A stretch of DNA of 61,675 bases, counting the filler, from Nemertoderma westbladi (taxonomy: Eukaryota > Animalia > Xenacoelomorpha), in the NCBI GenBank assembly GCA_032718475.1. It is 3 parts of 3 records of this genome, joined end to end, with 100 filler letters (N's around TTAATTAATTAA, not from the genome) between each part and the next. Parts side by side here need not be neighbours in the genome. Positions count along the whole stretch, not along the records: positions 29,592 to 54,136 come from JAUCBJ010001816.1; 2 more parts are not named here. One strand, given 5' to 3'. The notes under the pieces were generated by a model. The model was not told the DNA's origin. It saw only the letters and a program-made list of their open reading frames with translations, and made no database searches. Below, piece after piece: positions 38,769 through 52,006 of the stretch (positions are counted from its first letter, which is position 1; each line of letters opens with the position of its first letter). The position numbers were made by a program, and so were the translations under genes.

Positions 38769-40269
38769 TACTACTACTACTAGGATCGGCATGCTGCATT
38801 GCAGCTGCATTTTTAAGAATGCTGTGCCGGCTTATCGACAAAATTGCACCGCCACAACTCCCTATCACCCATGACATTTGCTAGATCATCCGCATCTTCA
38901 AGGCCAGTGTCCTTTAAGATGCGTCTCAAGAAAGTCATGGGCTGTCCACCATGCTTATTCACTCCATGAGGCTGCCAAAGTACAAGATTATGCACTGGCT
39001 GGTCCTCACGGCGAAAGCAATGTCCTGCAAAGCGGAGGCGATTTTGTTCTAGTGTCAAGCTTGGGGGAACCAATGAGACACCTCCAATGTTATATAGTGT
39101 CTGGTTGGAAATGTGTGCATTGTACTTGACACAATGAACCCGGCGTAGCATTCTTGTGAATATGCCATCCAGAGATTTGGTGTCCTCAGCAGTTAGAGCC
39201 CAGCATGGACTCCCATAGAGGAGTACTGGAACTACTGCTGCTCTAAATAACCGGACCTTAAGTTTCCGATTAATTCTCGGTGACGTCCAAATCCTGGAAA
39301 GCCTATTCAAGGCTGCCCATGCCTTTCCCTTACGTATTCGAAGGTCCTCACCTGACTTCCGGATCCATGATCCCAGGTAACAGAAGTCATCCACATGCTC
39401 AAGCATACCATCTTTTGAGCTTATGCTCATCCGATCAGAGACTTGCTGAGGACTTTCAAAGTTAACTGTCAAAATTTTGGTCTTTCTGGAGTTAATAAAA
39501 AGACCAACACTAGAAGCAGCATGTTCTAATGAGCTGAGGAGCCGTTGGGCTCCCTCTAGTGATTCTGAGAGTACTCCTAAGTCATCAGCAAAGTCTAGAT
39601 CAGTTAGGTACTTGGCAGGATTTCCTCGACTTCTGGAGCCAGTAGGTGGAGGTATCATCACCCCATCATCATTATGATGATCTAAGGACATGCGTAGAAC
39701 ATAGTCAACAACAATTATGAACAAGAATGGTGCAAGTGTGTCTCCCTGGAGGACGCCCCATAACACTTCAAATGGTTCTGTGTCACCATCAACAGTAGAC
39801 ACAAATGTTGCCGAACCATCGTATACTGATCTGATTGCTGCAATAATTTCATCAGGAATCCCATATAATGAAAGTATGCTGAACATACGTGAGCGAGAGA
39901 CTGAATCAAAGGCCTTGAAGAAGTCAACAAAGATAACAGCCAGATGCCTGTCTTTCTTTTTTGATAACTCTTCAATTATCCTTCTAAGTGCCAAAATGGG
40001 CTCCATGGTCCCACGACCTTTACGGAACCCATTCTGATTTCCACGGAGCAGTCTCTCCATGGGATCCCTGATGCGATTTAATATAATTCTATTGTATAGC
40101 TTTGCAGCAATCGAGATCAATGAGATTCCCCGAAAAGAACCATAGAGTGTTAGGTTGCCCTTCTTGGGAACTGGCACCAACTTATTTGTTTTCATTTCTT
40201 GGGGACTCTTGTTGTACGGTACATGTCTACTATGATGGGATAGATGAGCTTTAAACACTCAGGTACTCA
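38769..40269 (-). mobile_element. 5'-truncated RTE-clade LINE, copy B, with open RT frame
   Basis: ORF 40258-38813: PVPKKG, FRGISL, QNGFRKGR, FVDFFKAFDSV, GVLQGDTLAP, DFADDL. (TAG)n tail. 11-bp TSD GATACACCCAC at 38758-38768 and 40270-40280. Confidence 0.93.
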
Positions 40270-40459
40270 GATACACCCACACCCTGACTTTTAGAAAACG
40301 GCCATAGCAAACAAGCAAAGTTTCAAGTTTACTACTACTTGTACACCTTGCTGGAGAACTAAGATAATTTCGTTGCGGAGATGTTGACAGTATACGCATA
40401 AAATCTATAAGTAATAATTACTAAGAAAATAATAAGAAGAAATCTAGGGGAGAATAGTT

Positions 40460-41060
40460 ACTACTACTACTACAGTATTACTACTACTCGGTCGAGCGAA
40501 CTCGGACAGTGGAAATGAGATGCTTCCAGGCTTCCCGATTCTCCATAGTTGTCGCAATTTCGTTTCTCCCAAGTTCAGTATCCCTTTCAAGTTGATCTAT
40601 ATATGTTATGGCCGGTCGTCCACGACTACGCTTTCCATGAGTTGGTTGCCAGAGAAGTAGATCTGGTTTGTAGAGTCTGGTAGTTTGTTGATTACCTTCC
40701 GCCTATCCATGGCCTACAGCCCGGCTGCCGACTGTAGGGGTCCTTTTGTTACACCTTGAACCAAGTGTGCCTCCTGGGTTAGGTTACCTAACACTGGTAG
40801 AGGAGCATCCAGTATAGACAGAGTGGGGTGTGTATCGTCTCTAATGCAGATGCGTACTCAAGCCGTTGCCTTCAATGGTGCCCTAGGTGCTGTAGCCCTC
40901 AATGACTTATTTAGTTGACGGGGCTAAAACCAACCCACTCTTGATCAACTAAATAATGAATAGGCTACTGGTGCTTATCGAGCCTGCCCTACTGGGCTGA
41001 CAGCTACAGGTAGTACCACATTACTGCCATAGTGGTAGCAGGATCTGGGGACCTGACCTG
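40460..41060 (-). mobile_element. Short non-autonomous RTE derivative: structured 5' region fused to an RTE 3' end
   Basis: The 3' part encodes PDLLLWQPTHGKRSRGRPAITYIDQLERDT...W plus a (TAG)n tail. The 5' ~370 bp is non-coding with several stems. Confidence 0.65.
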
Positions 41061-41067
41061 ATAAGTA

Positions 41068-41230
41068 AAGGTCACTTACAGAAGATAATAATCGCACCTC
41101 AATTTCTTCGCTAATTTTATCTTTGCGAGTAGAACACACATCTAGAATAGCCTGTTTAAATGTTTTGCGGTCTCCACGTTCTCATGTGCGACAAATAAAG
41201 GCAGGATCGACAAGGATTTTTCTTATCCTT
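41068..41230 (-). mobile_element. Possible DNA transposase relic (Academ-like)
   Basis: Translates to ...TFKQAILDVCSTRKDKISEEIEVRLLSSVSDL, resembling the recalled VSDLHAADARYH region of invertebrate transposases. Contains a stop. Confidence 0.35.
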
Positions 41231-42621
41231 TTCACACTTTTCTCCACAAAATATGCAATGATGTAAAAAGTTAAGTTGAGTTAAGTTAAGTTAAGTTTAG
41301 TTATGTTGAGATCGACATCTCCGTATACTACTATTACACGTTTCAATAATATCTTCACTTGAACGTTTCAACATTTTTTTAATAATGTTTGTTATAGATG
41401 TGTATGATGAAACGCAATCTTTGTGGCATGTGATACTGAGTTTGTCATTATCTGGCTTTACTGGCATTAATTATACTATGTATCCGAGTTGATTTGGCAT
41501 TAATCAGTATTTTGCCAGATTGACATGGATGGCTGAAAATAGCTGAAAATAGCATTGGCTGCCTTGTTTTGTACGGCCGCAATTTCCATACTTTTCACAT
41601 AAGTCTTTCGCGAAATAAAAATATCTTAACCTCATCCCTAACCGTATACCCTAAACTTATCCCTAATCCCCCTACTCATTTATAATGAGTAGGGATAGCT
41701 ACAGTGATAGGGGAACAAGAAACAAAAATAAAAATACAGTATAGCTAGTAATTAAATTCTAGAACATGTAGTAACTATAGGCCGGGCGCTACACGAGTTA
41801 TATTATAGAGTTTACGTATAATGTGCCAATGTCACTGATTGATGTAAATTATTTTCATAGTAATAAATTTCGTAGTTAATTATTTTAATTTTGATAATTG
41901 ATATATCAATTTATTATTAATACAAATTGTGAACTAAAATACTTACCTTAAGGCAATTCCTCTACAATAGCTCCTGTGCATATCAACGACCTTTGAAATC
42001 ATATTTAGAATCATTGTCTCGTCTACATACTGTAGCAACAGTTGTCATGCTGTGGCCAGAAACCAAGTTCAATAAACCCACTATGCACTATGTAGTATAC
42101 AGCGGGGGTATGTTGAAACAGTAAAATCATATAGTCATAGAATGCTTTGGTAGCTGGTTGCTATGATAGACTACAGTAGTTCCCGTAGCAACGGTTGTCA
42201 TAATAACTGTGACTCGAATACAAGTTAAGTATGCGATATACTGAGGGAATATGTTGATACTGAGGTCGCATAATGGTAAGTTGGTGTTTGCTATGGCGTG
42301 AACCGAAGATTACTGCCCCTAGCAACGGTTGCCAGGGTAACAGTGGTTTGAAAATAAGCTCATCGAATTCGCAATCATTGGTTTAGTCAAGTTTAGGGTA
42401 AATCCTGTAACCATTGTGTGTTTAAAACATGGCAGCTGCAGTTAAACACCCCGGTAACCATGGTAACACGATTTATGAGAAATGCTCAAGGTTGTAGGGG
42501 CGACACCCCCTAAATATTGTTCAGCAGGGTCTAATGAGTACAAAACCGATGAAAATGTTATGGGTATAAAAAAACACGTTTCACTTTGTGCTATTTGCTG
42601 CCGGACTATAACTTGTATGTA

Positions 42622-43498
42622 CACCATAACCCTTAATACAACAACCATTTTTAGGGGGTCGGAGCCTCCCCCCCCTAATTTTTTTCAAATTTCAATAAAA
42701 TGCTACGAAATTTGGTATGATGATAGATCGACACCTTTTCTTACTGGTGGCCTGGCCGGATTTTTAATTTATGAGCTATTTCGATACAACAAGCCGTTAA
42801 AAATCGTCTATTTCGCAATATTTAGCCACCTCCGTCAGACTTTATTTTTCGTCTTTGGAATGAAATCTGGATATCATTAGAACCGCCTTCATCTGCAGAT
42901 TCCGAATCTGAAACCCGTTGTAAATTTCACCAAGAACTTCCGGAGATATTATCAAAATACTAAGGTGTAAATTATTGTGACGTAAATCGCTATAATTCTA
43001 ATGTTTTTTTACTCAATTCTAGAATATTAATTATGGGTAATGAAAAAAACAAGATGGAGAGTTTTAAACGCTCAGCTAAATAATAATTAATATTCTAGAA
43101 TAAAGACAACAAAACATCAGAATTATAGCGATTTACGTCTCTGAATTTACACATTAGTATTTTGATAATATCTTTACCAATTTTTGGTTAAATTTAAAAC
43201 GGTTTTCAGATTCGGAATCTACAGACGAAGGCGCTTCGAATGATATCTAGATTACATTTCAAAGACGTAAAATAAAGTCTACGGAGGTGGTTAAACATTG
43301 CTAAATAGACATTTTTTAAGGGATTGTTGTATGGAAATAACTGAGAAATTGAAAAATCCGGCCAGGCCACCAGTAAGAAAAGGTGTCGATCTATCATCAT
43401 ACCGAATTTCGTAGCATTTTATTGAAATTTGAAAAAAATTAGGGGGGGGGGGGGGCTCCGACCCCCTAAAAATGGTTGTTGTATTAAGGGTTATGGTG
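42622..43498. mobile_element. Foldback/MITE element 2 (long inverted arms, TA flanks)
   Basis: TA|CACCATAACCCTTAATACAACAACC ... GGTTGTTGTATTAAGGGTTATGGTG|TA. Arms of ~410 bp. Confidence 0.9.
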
Positions 43499-43686
43499 TA
43501 TATATATATGTACGTTCAAATACTGTATTTTAATGTTTTATTTCTTTTTTATATGCCACACCGACATTGACCAAAATTTTTTCAATAAATAATAATGAAA
43601 CAGATGAACTATTTCTTTACTCAATACAAAATGATTTCTATGAAAAATATTAAAATATATATTAATATATATCTTTGTTTTAAAAG

Positions 43687-43890
43687 GTACATGTTGTAAA
43701 TGATGTTTCGCCAACGTTGCTCAACGGTTTGCGAACGAACGGTGAACCACTCTGTGGAACGGTAACAAGCAGCGGCTATTTAACCGAAATTGATTGTGAC
43801 GGAAAAAGAGGAAGATACGTTGTCATCTTCAGCGACATCAGTCAACAAAACATTTGTGAAGTGAGGGTTTATGCCAAGACGTCGAACTAA
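43687..43890 (+). CDS. F-type lectin terminal exon
   Basis: VHVVND...PLCGTVT...IDCDGKRGRYVVIFS...NICEVRVY, with the GRYV and CEVxVY hallmarks. Phase-0 acceptor at 43686. TAA at 43888 overlaps AATAAA. Confidence 0.88.
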   Translation, partial: VHVVNDVSPTLLNGLRTNGEPLCGTVTSSGYLTEIDCDGKRGRYVVIFSDISQQNICEVRVYAKTSN

Positions 43891-44454
43891 TAAAGTCTTT
43901 ACAATAAACTTTATGCACCTAACTCATTTTATTTTTAGAAATATATTCCATATTATGTGTAACATTACTTAACCCTATCTGACATGGAGGCTTTTTCAGC
44001 CCACCCAGTATATTTTAGCGTATAATTCAACGAAATTTTCACCGAAAGTGGCGAAACATACAAACAACATTAAATTCATTATTTGAATGTTCAATCAATA
44101 ACAGAAGTGCACCAAATTTAAAATTACCAAAATGGCCGTTTTTGATAGAAATGTGGGCGTGGCACCTTAAATTATGGAAGTTTCAAGAAAAGTTAGAACG
44201 TAAAATGGTATCACACCAATCATTACAAAGGTGGGGTATCATACCCCTATTTTTAAAATTATCAAAACTTGAGTTATTTATTGGCCATAACATAAGATGT
44301 AGTCTGATTTTTGACAAGCCTTCGAGCAGCACGATATTTTACAGTTGAATAAGGCCCTTTCATCAAAAAGGCTCTCACGGTAAAATTATGAATAAAATTG
44401 TTAACAGGTTCCACTGGAGGTGCTAACACCCCCCCCCCCCCCCAGGTGAGTTTC

Positions 44455-44724
44455 CATTTTTTTAAATTGCTTCACCACAGTATTTGTGTTTGTACTCGAG
44501 CTACAACCCCCCCCCCCCCCCCCCCCCTCCCCTTCTTTAGCATACAGTATATCATCAAATCCAAAATTTAAAAAAAAATTCGGCCCCTGCCTACTGCAAA
44601 CAGTATTAATCCCCCACAACAGCGCATGTTATACTGTATTATAAGAACCAAAATTTGTCATCAGGTTACACTTGGCGTGAAAAATACAAACACAAATACT
44701 GTGGTGATGCAATTTTAAAAAATG
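44455..44724. repeat. ~40-bp inverted repeat pair (MITE-like)
   Basis: catttttttaaattgcttcaccacagtatttgtgtttgta versus tacaaacacaaatactgtggtgatgcaattttaaaaaatg. Confidence 0.7.
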
Positions 44725-47700
44725 TATAGCCTAATAGATTTAATTAATTATCCACTATAATTTCGCGTTCCCACTTAACAGCAATTCGTACCTCATAGGG
44801 GACGAAATCGAACAACTTACAAAGCACACCACACCCCACAGCTATTATAGTCAACCCCATTACTAATGTGTTAACTTTAGTAATTTATTAGACATCAGTA
44901 TTAGCTTTAGTATTAAACTTTACTCCGACATCGACATCCTACAACAATTATTAACGTTAATTAATTATATAACTTATATCATTTATTAAAATATTACAAA
45001 TACAAAGCTTTTTTAAGTATTACATGCATTCTTACAACAAGGACCTTATGTAATGTTACAATTTTGGAATATATATATACATACTTGTTTCAAAGTAGGC
45101 CCTACTTTGTTCTGATCCTAGTGGCTCTATCCTCTAATTCCGTTTGTTCACGCAACAAACCACTCGGATTAACACACTGTAGAGTGCTACTTTTCACGCA
45201 AGTGTGTAATATTTACTTGTTATATTAATACAATATATTATATTTATCCAACATGGTGACGGTAACTTGTTGTATATTTATTGCTCGTATATTGTTGTAA
45301 ATGCATTGCAAAAGATTCCACCCCTCACATATTTAACAAAACACCTGCATAAGGTCCCGGATTATAGTAGGCCTACAGTGTCCTAATTCTGAAGCCTAAC
45401 CTGGTGGTGTTGGGTTGCGGAAATATGTTCTTACAGCAATACTTGTACATTGCCTGAATGCTTCATATGTTGTGTGATAATGTTCAGTTAGCATCAGTCC
45501 TTGATATAATTATTAAATTACCTCTGGAAAGCAGCAGTTTACAGAAAAGGTCTTTTCTAACTAAAAAAATAAACGAAATTATAATTCTCATTGTACCTCC
45601 CTTTGGTGCTACTTAGTTTTTCGTTATTATTGCTCAATGTTCACTGGTGCTCGCTGTTCATTTCTGACAACAACACTTTTCTCATTTCCACTGGTATGTG
45701 AAGCCCTCCTGCCGTAGAATCTTCAGATGTAATATTCGTTAAACTAATGAACCTTTACATCACATTCTCGGAAACTACGTAACACCAAGGGACGTTAGAA
45801 TAAATTCAAAATAGAGGGGATACCATCGGATCACGCCATTGTCATCATTGCTGGAATGTGATGTCGTTGTTCTTTATCCGAGAACCAACAGGTCAAAATT
45901 TCCAGAAATTTAACAATAGCACTCCACTCAGAGACCCAGCCCCAAACAACAACGTAAATGTGAACCACATGTATAAAAGTTTCTGAGAAAGAACTGAAGG
46001 AATATTCCGGGTATAACTGCACTCTTGTCATATTTTTCTGTAGACAGAAAAGAAAGAACGCTGTAACGCCAATGGTCTCTTTCTTTCCCTATATAAAAGG
46101 AGATTCTAGTTAAGACATACAAAAGAAAGAGGGCCCAATTTAGTTAGTTGGAGCACTGGATAAGGTAATAAATAATTGGGGCCCTTTTGCATTGTTCAAA
46201 ACCAAGCAGCAGTACTCTAATGGTGGCAGAGAGTACCCAAAACCCAGGCGTGCACAACACATGCATGGTAGATCTTTTATCCCATGTCATTTCAGAGAAT
46301 GGTTGATATACCCAATGTGGGACGACGACCAATCAAATTGCCACGTTACGTCACACTTATTCCACAATTAGTACCCGGCCTTCGGCAATATTATATAAGA
46401 AACCACCGCAAAGCACGAGGCATCATTATTTTTTAGCAGCTTAATTAAAGTTTTGGTTTTCGGTGGTTGGGAGTGCCTACTCCTACTGCTCAAGACATTA
46501 TAGTTTGTTGTTGGCGTGGCTTCTGATCGCCAGTGCAAGGATCATAGTTTATGGGTGTGAGTCACTCCCTCGTCACTGGTGAATGCCAAACAGGCCAATT
46601 CGAACAAAGATTCTAATTGGCAGTTGGCAGAGGTTGTAGCAACGAGCAAGACAAGTTCTACGCTTGTTCTGCTTAGTAAGCCTTAGAGAGGAGACATTCC
46701 GCCCTTTTGCCCTTGACCGGTGTCATTGAACTCTACAAATGGCTTACATTGAGGATCAGGCAACCCTATACCACACGGAATTCATACCTTAAAAGGTTCG
46801 AGTTGAATTCCAACAGTAGATACGAGATGCGACGATATCAATACCCTTTTGGTTTCGGCTCGGCGGATGGAGTCGCATGGCTGTACTTCGGTGTCTATAA
46901 TGGACCATGATGACCTCTCACACCCAGCAACGGATACTGCTTCGTCTGTTCGGTTAGTTATATTGGAAAATCAAGATAGCATTTTTACAAATTATTCCTA
47001 TAAAGTAGTTTTAGTTCAGTGTCTGAAGGGAAGGCTGTTAATGATGTGGTCTGGATAAATATGAAATTTGATTAATTTCCATTCGTTTATTCTTATAGCT
47101 TTTAATTTATTTATCATAGTACACTTTTGTCTGTCTCATTTATCTCCTTTATGTCTATCTATTAGTTGAATGACCTGAATTTTTATTGATTAGACCTTGT
47201 ACTAAGTTACTACGAGGTACAATACCACATACACGCTAACTACACACACGGTGCTATACTATCAGTAGTAATTCTTATCTCCATATCAAAATATTTATTA
47301 CATGTTCTTATTATTACAACATTGTAATAAACATATAAAGCATATTACGTTATGAATAAGTCTTCGTTCCTTTACCATTTTGTCAAAATAATATACATTA
47401 ATATTATATTCTAAGAAAATTACGATTACTTTACTGCGAACTTATTAGCCGTTAAGCTACCATGAACTTTGTAATAATGATTAATATTTGCGAGGAATTT
47501 CTTTAGAAAGTTGCTTTAGGAATTCAGTTACTCGGCTGTTTGTTAAGAACACCCACTCACGAATTCTTATCCTCTCACGCCATGTACTACTTACTAGTAG
47601 TTCTAATAATACCAGCAATCAACTCATTCTATTGGCACGCATTTTGTTGGTGGTGATATTCGCTATTGTTCATATTGATTCATAATTTATTATTATCGTG

Positions 47701-50700
47701 GGTGTAATTATTATTATGCGTGCTAATCTGGCTTTTTATTCACAATAATATAATAATTAATTACATTTGAATATTATAGGATACAACTACAGTCAAATCG
47801 CACACATAAACCAGTGAACGAAAGTGTAACCTTGTTAACAAACATATAGAATGAATATAAATACAGATTATATTACATAGGATACGATACACTTTTAATT
47901 GTAGTTCTCTTATTCTCTTTACAAAGGAGAGGTAAGGTGAGATATCTATCTCACTATCAGAAACAAATCTGATACATACGCAATTTATTTATCCAATATT
48001 GGCATAGTCCAGTTCCCGGTATAATTGTGTGTGTAGGGTAGGTAGTGTTTGGTATATGATACTTCAAGAACTTTCTTACAAGTGGCAGTGTCCAGTCCAT
48101 CTTAAAATAATATCCCCACCAGCCAGGTTAGATACAGGTAGGTTGAAAATTGTACCAGCCAGGGAGGGAGCCAGGGCCTTCCTTGAATTAGTGAAAAAAA
48201 ATCGGTATTCCAAGAAGAACGGGACAGGCCACTCCTGGAGATTGCTTAGTAATTCATCCCTCCCATTGGTGGATAACGCTTGGCTGCCGGTAGTGCAGCT
48301 ATGACCGACCAGCAGAGGGGTGAGTGGCCATTAGGTGGGCAGCCCTCAGTGTGGCTGGCAACACAACCTTGCTACCGTAATAAGTATGGCTAGCTTGGCA
48401 AAGCAGGCTCTGCTCCCTGTTCTACTATGGTATTGTACCACACTGTACTCACATATTGGCAACATCACTCCCACTGCCTTTTCAACCCACGGTATTCCAT
48501 ATTTTGTATAATATTGTATTTGTTTAGTAGATTACTCTGTATTGCAGTATTGTGTTATAGTAAATTATTTATTTATATTATTGTGATAAATTGTTTTTAG
48601 AAAAGCATACAATTAATTTCATGGCGAAACTTTTCCATTCCATCGATACTAGGCCTACTGCTTGTACTATTGTATTACTGTATTGGGCCTAACGGTACCT
48701 CTTATATTTTTCATGATATTTTTATTCATTCCTGTTTTTTTTAATACTGGTTACTAGGCCTACGTAATTTGATCTTGTGTAATTTGTCCAGCTCCAGGTT
48801 TTATTGATTGTGTTGCAAGCGCCTCAAGATGCAAGAGTCGGTGTCATTTTTGTTATTGTAAATTTGCGCTATAATTTTACAGTAGGCCTATTAAGAAGCA
48901 GGCCCATCAATTTTATCAATTAAACAGATAGAGTTAGGGGGAAAACTGTATGCAATAAAAATTCATCCCCCTCCAGTGGAAATTCGACTCAAATAACAGC
49001 AGATTACTCTCAAAAATAAAACTGTAACCTTTTTTATTGTGTTTAGTTTATTGTTTTGGTTTAAATAACTGCTAACTGTAACCTGCTCTTTTTCCTAAAT
49101 TGAGAATTTAACATTGAGGCGGTTTATTAATTCGCAAAGATGGGATTTGCGTCCAGTTCCCCCCACCTTGCTGCCTTGTCTCGAATTCAATAGTGCTGTG
49201 AAGTGCACGTGAGTAGAGTTACCATTAGCTAAACAGCAGTAGTAGGCCTAGGCTAAAAGTAACTTTCCAATACCTGTAATACAGTAGGCCTAATATCGCT
49301 CGGTTTTTGTTTATGTTGTTACTTTATTCGCTGTTATTTGTCCTTATTTAATACTTTTATTTGTAGTATAGGCCCTACTATATTTAGACTCCCGGTAGAT
49401 CAAATCCAATCAAATTAATTAGTGACGACTACAATTATTATTAACTTATTGGCTAACATCATAAGGTTAGTATGGTTGTGCTTTAGATCTTGCATTTTCT
49501 CTAGCACTATTGTGCTTTCCACGTGGTTTTCTGCCGCTTGCTGCATGAAGTAATTAATGTTAATTGACTTGCGCATCCATTATCTATTCTTACGTTGTTG
49601 CATGTTCTGCTTATTTGTCTCTGTTTGTTGTATATTTTGTTGTTGTTCATGTGCACTGCTCATCTATCAGTCTATTGCTGTTTGTACATTGTGATTGCAT
49701 TGATTTTCTCTACAGGGAAGGGATGCGATTTGGTTTGATAAATAGACAGATAGGGTTCGATAGGTTTATGGAATTTTCTAACGAAATATAAACAAAATTA
49801 TTTTCTCGTGTGGCGGTGTAGGCCTTTATTTAAGGTTTATTTTCTATAAAAACAACTTTTGCCTTTTAGGGTTCTTACAGTGGGGGCTATTTTCTCTACT
49901 ACAGTACAATTTTGATCAATAATCATGTTTGTTATTTTAGTTTCTTTTATTTGTCAAATTTTGTGTTTCCTTGATAGCTAGCATGCCGTTGCCTACTTGT
50001 GTCCTTGCCAGCTTGCATGCCGTGTACACTTGTGTAGGAAGGTGCTACTGCGCTTAGCAATACTTAGACCTTAGCACTATGGTGCTTTCCCTCCACAAGT
50101 CTTACATTTGCTGCTAATATTGCTGCTTGGCATTTCCCATGTGTCGCCTTTATTTAATTTATTCACCACTGCATATGTAAATAATTATATTTAAATTAAA
50201 TTGCCTGACTGGCACCTTACCCCAAATTGTTCTACAAATCTCACTAAATATTAATTTCGTATGACATTTGTAAAGATGAAAACTTCAGGCGTTTTCAGTT
50301 ATTACACTTGTTGTTTGTGACAAATTACATGTATATGCAGTACACTATATTTTTGTATATCCATTTCGCAGGTCCCTTACTTCATATTTAGTAAATTGTG
50401 ATTTTAAATTTTTAATTGTTGCTTAACTCTGTTAGCATTCATGTTTGTGCAGAGTGTTTCTGGTATTTTCACTTAGCACAAGTGTGCTTGCGCTAATGAG
50501 TTTAGCTATCGCTGCTTAAGTTAACCAAACAATAAATGGCCCCAAGTCTGTGTCTTGTCCTGTCCATCTGTCATAGAACCCAAACCCGTTTTAATCCATC
50601 TCACATTGACCCTAAACCCGTTTCAGTACATCTCCATTGTTCCCAAACCCGTTTGAGTGCATCGATCATTGACCCTAAACCCATATTCAACCCAACTATA

Positions 50701-50719
50701 ATTGGCCCCAAGTGGTTTT

Positions 50720-52006
50720 ACAGTACATCTGCCATTGACCCCAACTCGTTTCAGTACATCTACCATTGACCCCCAACTCGTTTCAGTACATCTGCCATTG
50801 ACCCCAACTCGTTTCAGTACATCTACCATTGACCTCAACTCGTTTCAGTACATCTACCATTGACCCCAACTCGTTTCAGAACATCTGCCATTGACCCCAA
50901 CTCGTTTCAGTACATCTACCATTGAGCCCAACTCGTTTCAGTACATCTACCATTGACCTCAACTCGTTTCAGTACATTTGCCCATTGACCCCAACTCGTT
51001 TCAGTACATCTACCATTGACCCCCAACTCGTTTCAGTACATCTGCCATTGACCCCAACTCGTTTCAGTACATCTACCATTGACCCCCAACTCGTTTCAGT
51101 TCATCTACCATTGACCCCAACTCGTTTCAGTACATCTGCCATTGACCCCAACTCGTTTCAGTACATCTACCATTGACCCCCAACTCGTTTCAGTTCATCT
51201 ACCATTGACCCCAACTCGTTTCAGTACATCTACCATTGACCCCAACTCGTTTCAGTTCATCTACCATTGACCCCAACTCGTTTCCTTTCAGTACATCTAC
51301 CATTGACCCCAACACGTTTCAGTACATCTGCCATTGACCCCAACTCGTTTCAGTACATCTACCATTGACCCCCAACTCGTTTCAGTTCATCTACCATTGA
51401 CCCCAACTCGTTTCAGTACATCTACCATTGACCCCAACTCGTTTCAGTTCATCTACCATTGACCCCAACTCGTTTCAGTTCATCTGCCATTGACCCCAAC
51501 TCGTTTCCTTTCAGTACATCTACCATTGACCCCAACACGTTTCAGTACATCTGCCATTGACCCCAACTCGTTTCAGTACATCTACCATTGACCCCCAACT
51601 CGTTTCAGTTCATCTACCATTGACCCCAACTCGTTTCAGTACATCTACCATTGACCCCAACTCGTTTCCTTTCAGTACATCTACCATTGAGCCCAACTCG
51701 TTTCAGTACATCTGCCATTGACCCCAACTCGTTTCAGTACATCTGCCATTAACCCCAAATTGTTTCAGTACATCTACCATTGACCCCAACACGTTTCAGT
51801 ACATCTACCATTGACCCCAACTCGTTTCAGTACATCTGCCATTGACCCCAACTCGTTTCAATACATCTGCCATTGACCGCAACTCGTTTCAGTACATCTG
51901 CCATTGACCCCAACTCGTTTCAGTACATCTGCCATTGACCCCAACTCGTTTCAGTACATCTGCCATTGACTCCAACTCGTTTTAGTACATCTATCATTGA
52001 CCCCAA
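50720..52006. repeat. 31-bp minisatellite (~40 copies, degenerate lead-in from ~50575)
   Basis: Unit ccattgaccccaactcgtttcagtacatct(a/g). Confidence 0.96.

Noticed and set aside
12445-41060. All RTE copies oriented sense to NBAS
   Set aside because: The sample is too small, partly spans a scaffold join, and several copies are antisense to the lectin gene they sit in.
46380-47060. Possible gene after a TATA-like motif at ~46392
   Set aside because: Only short broken ORFs with no recognisable motif or consistent splice structure.
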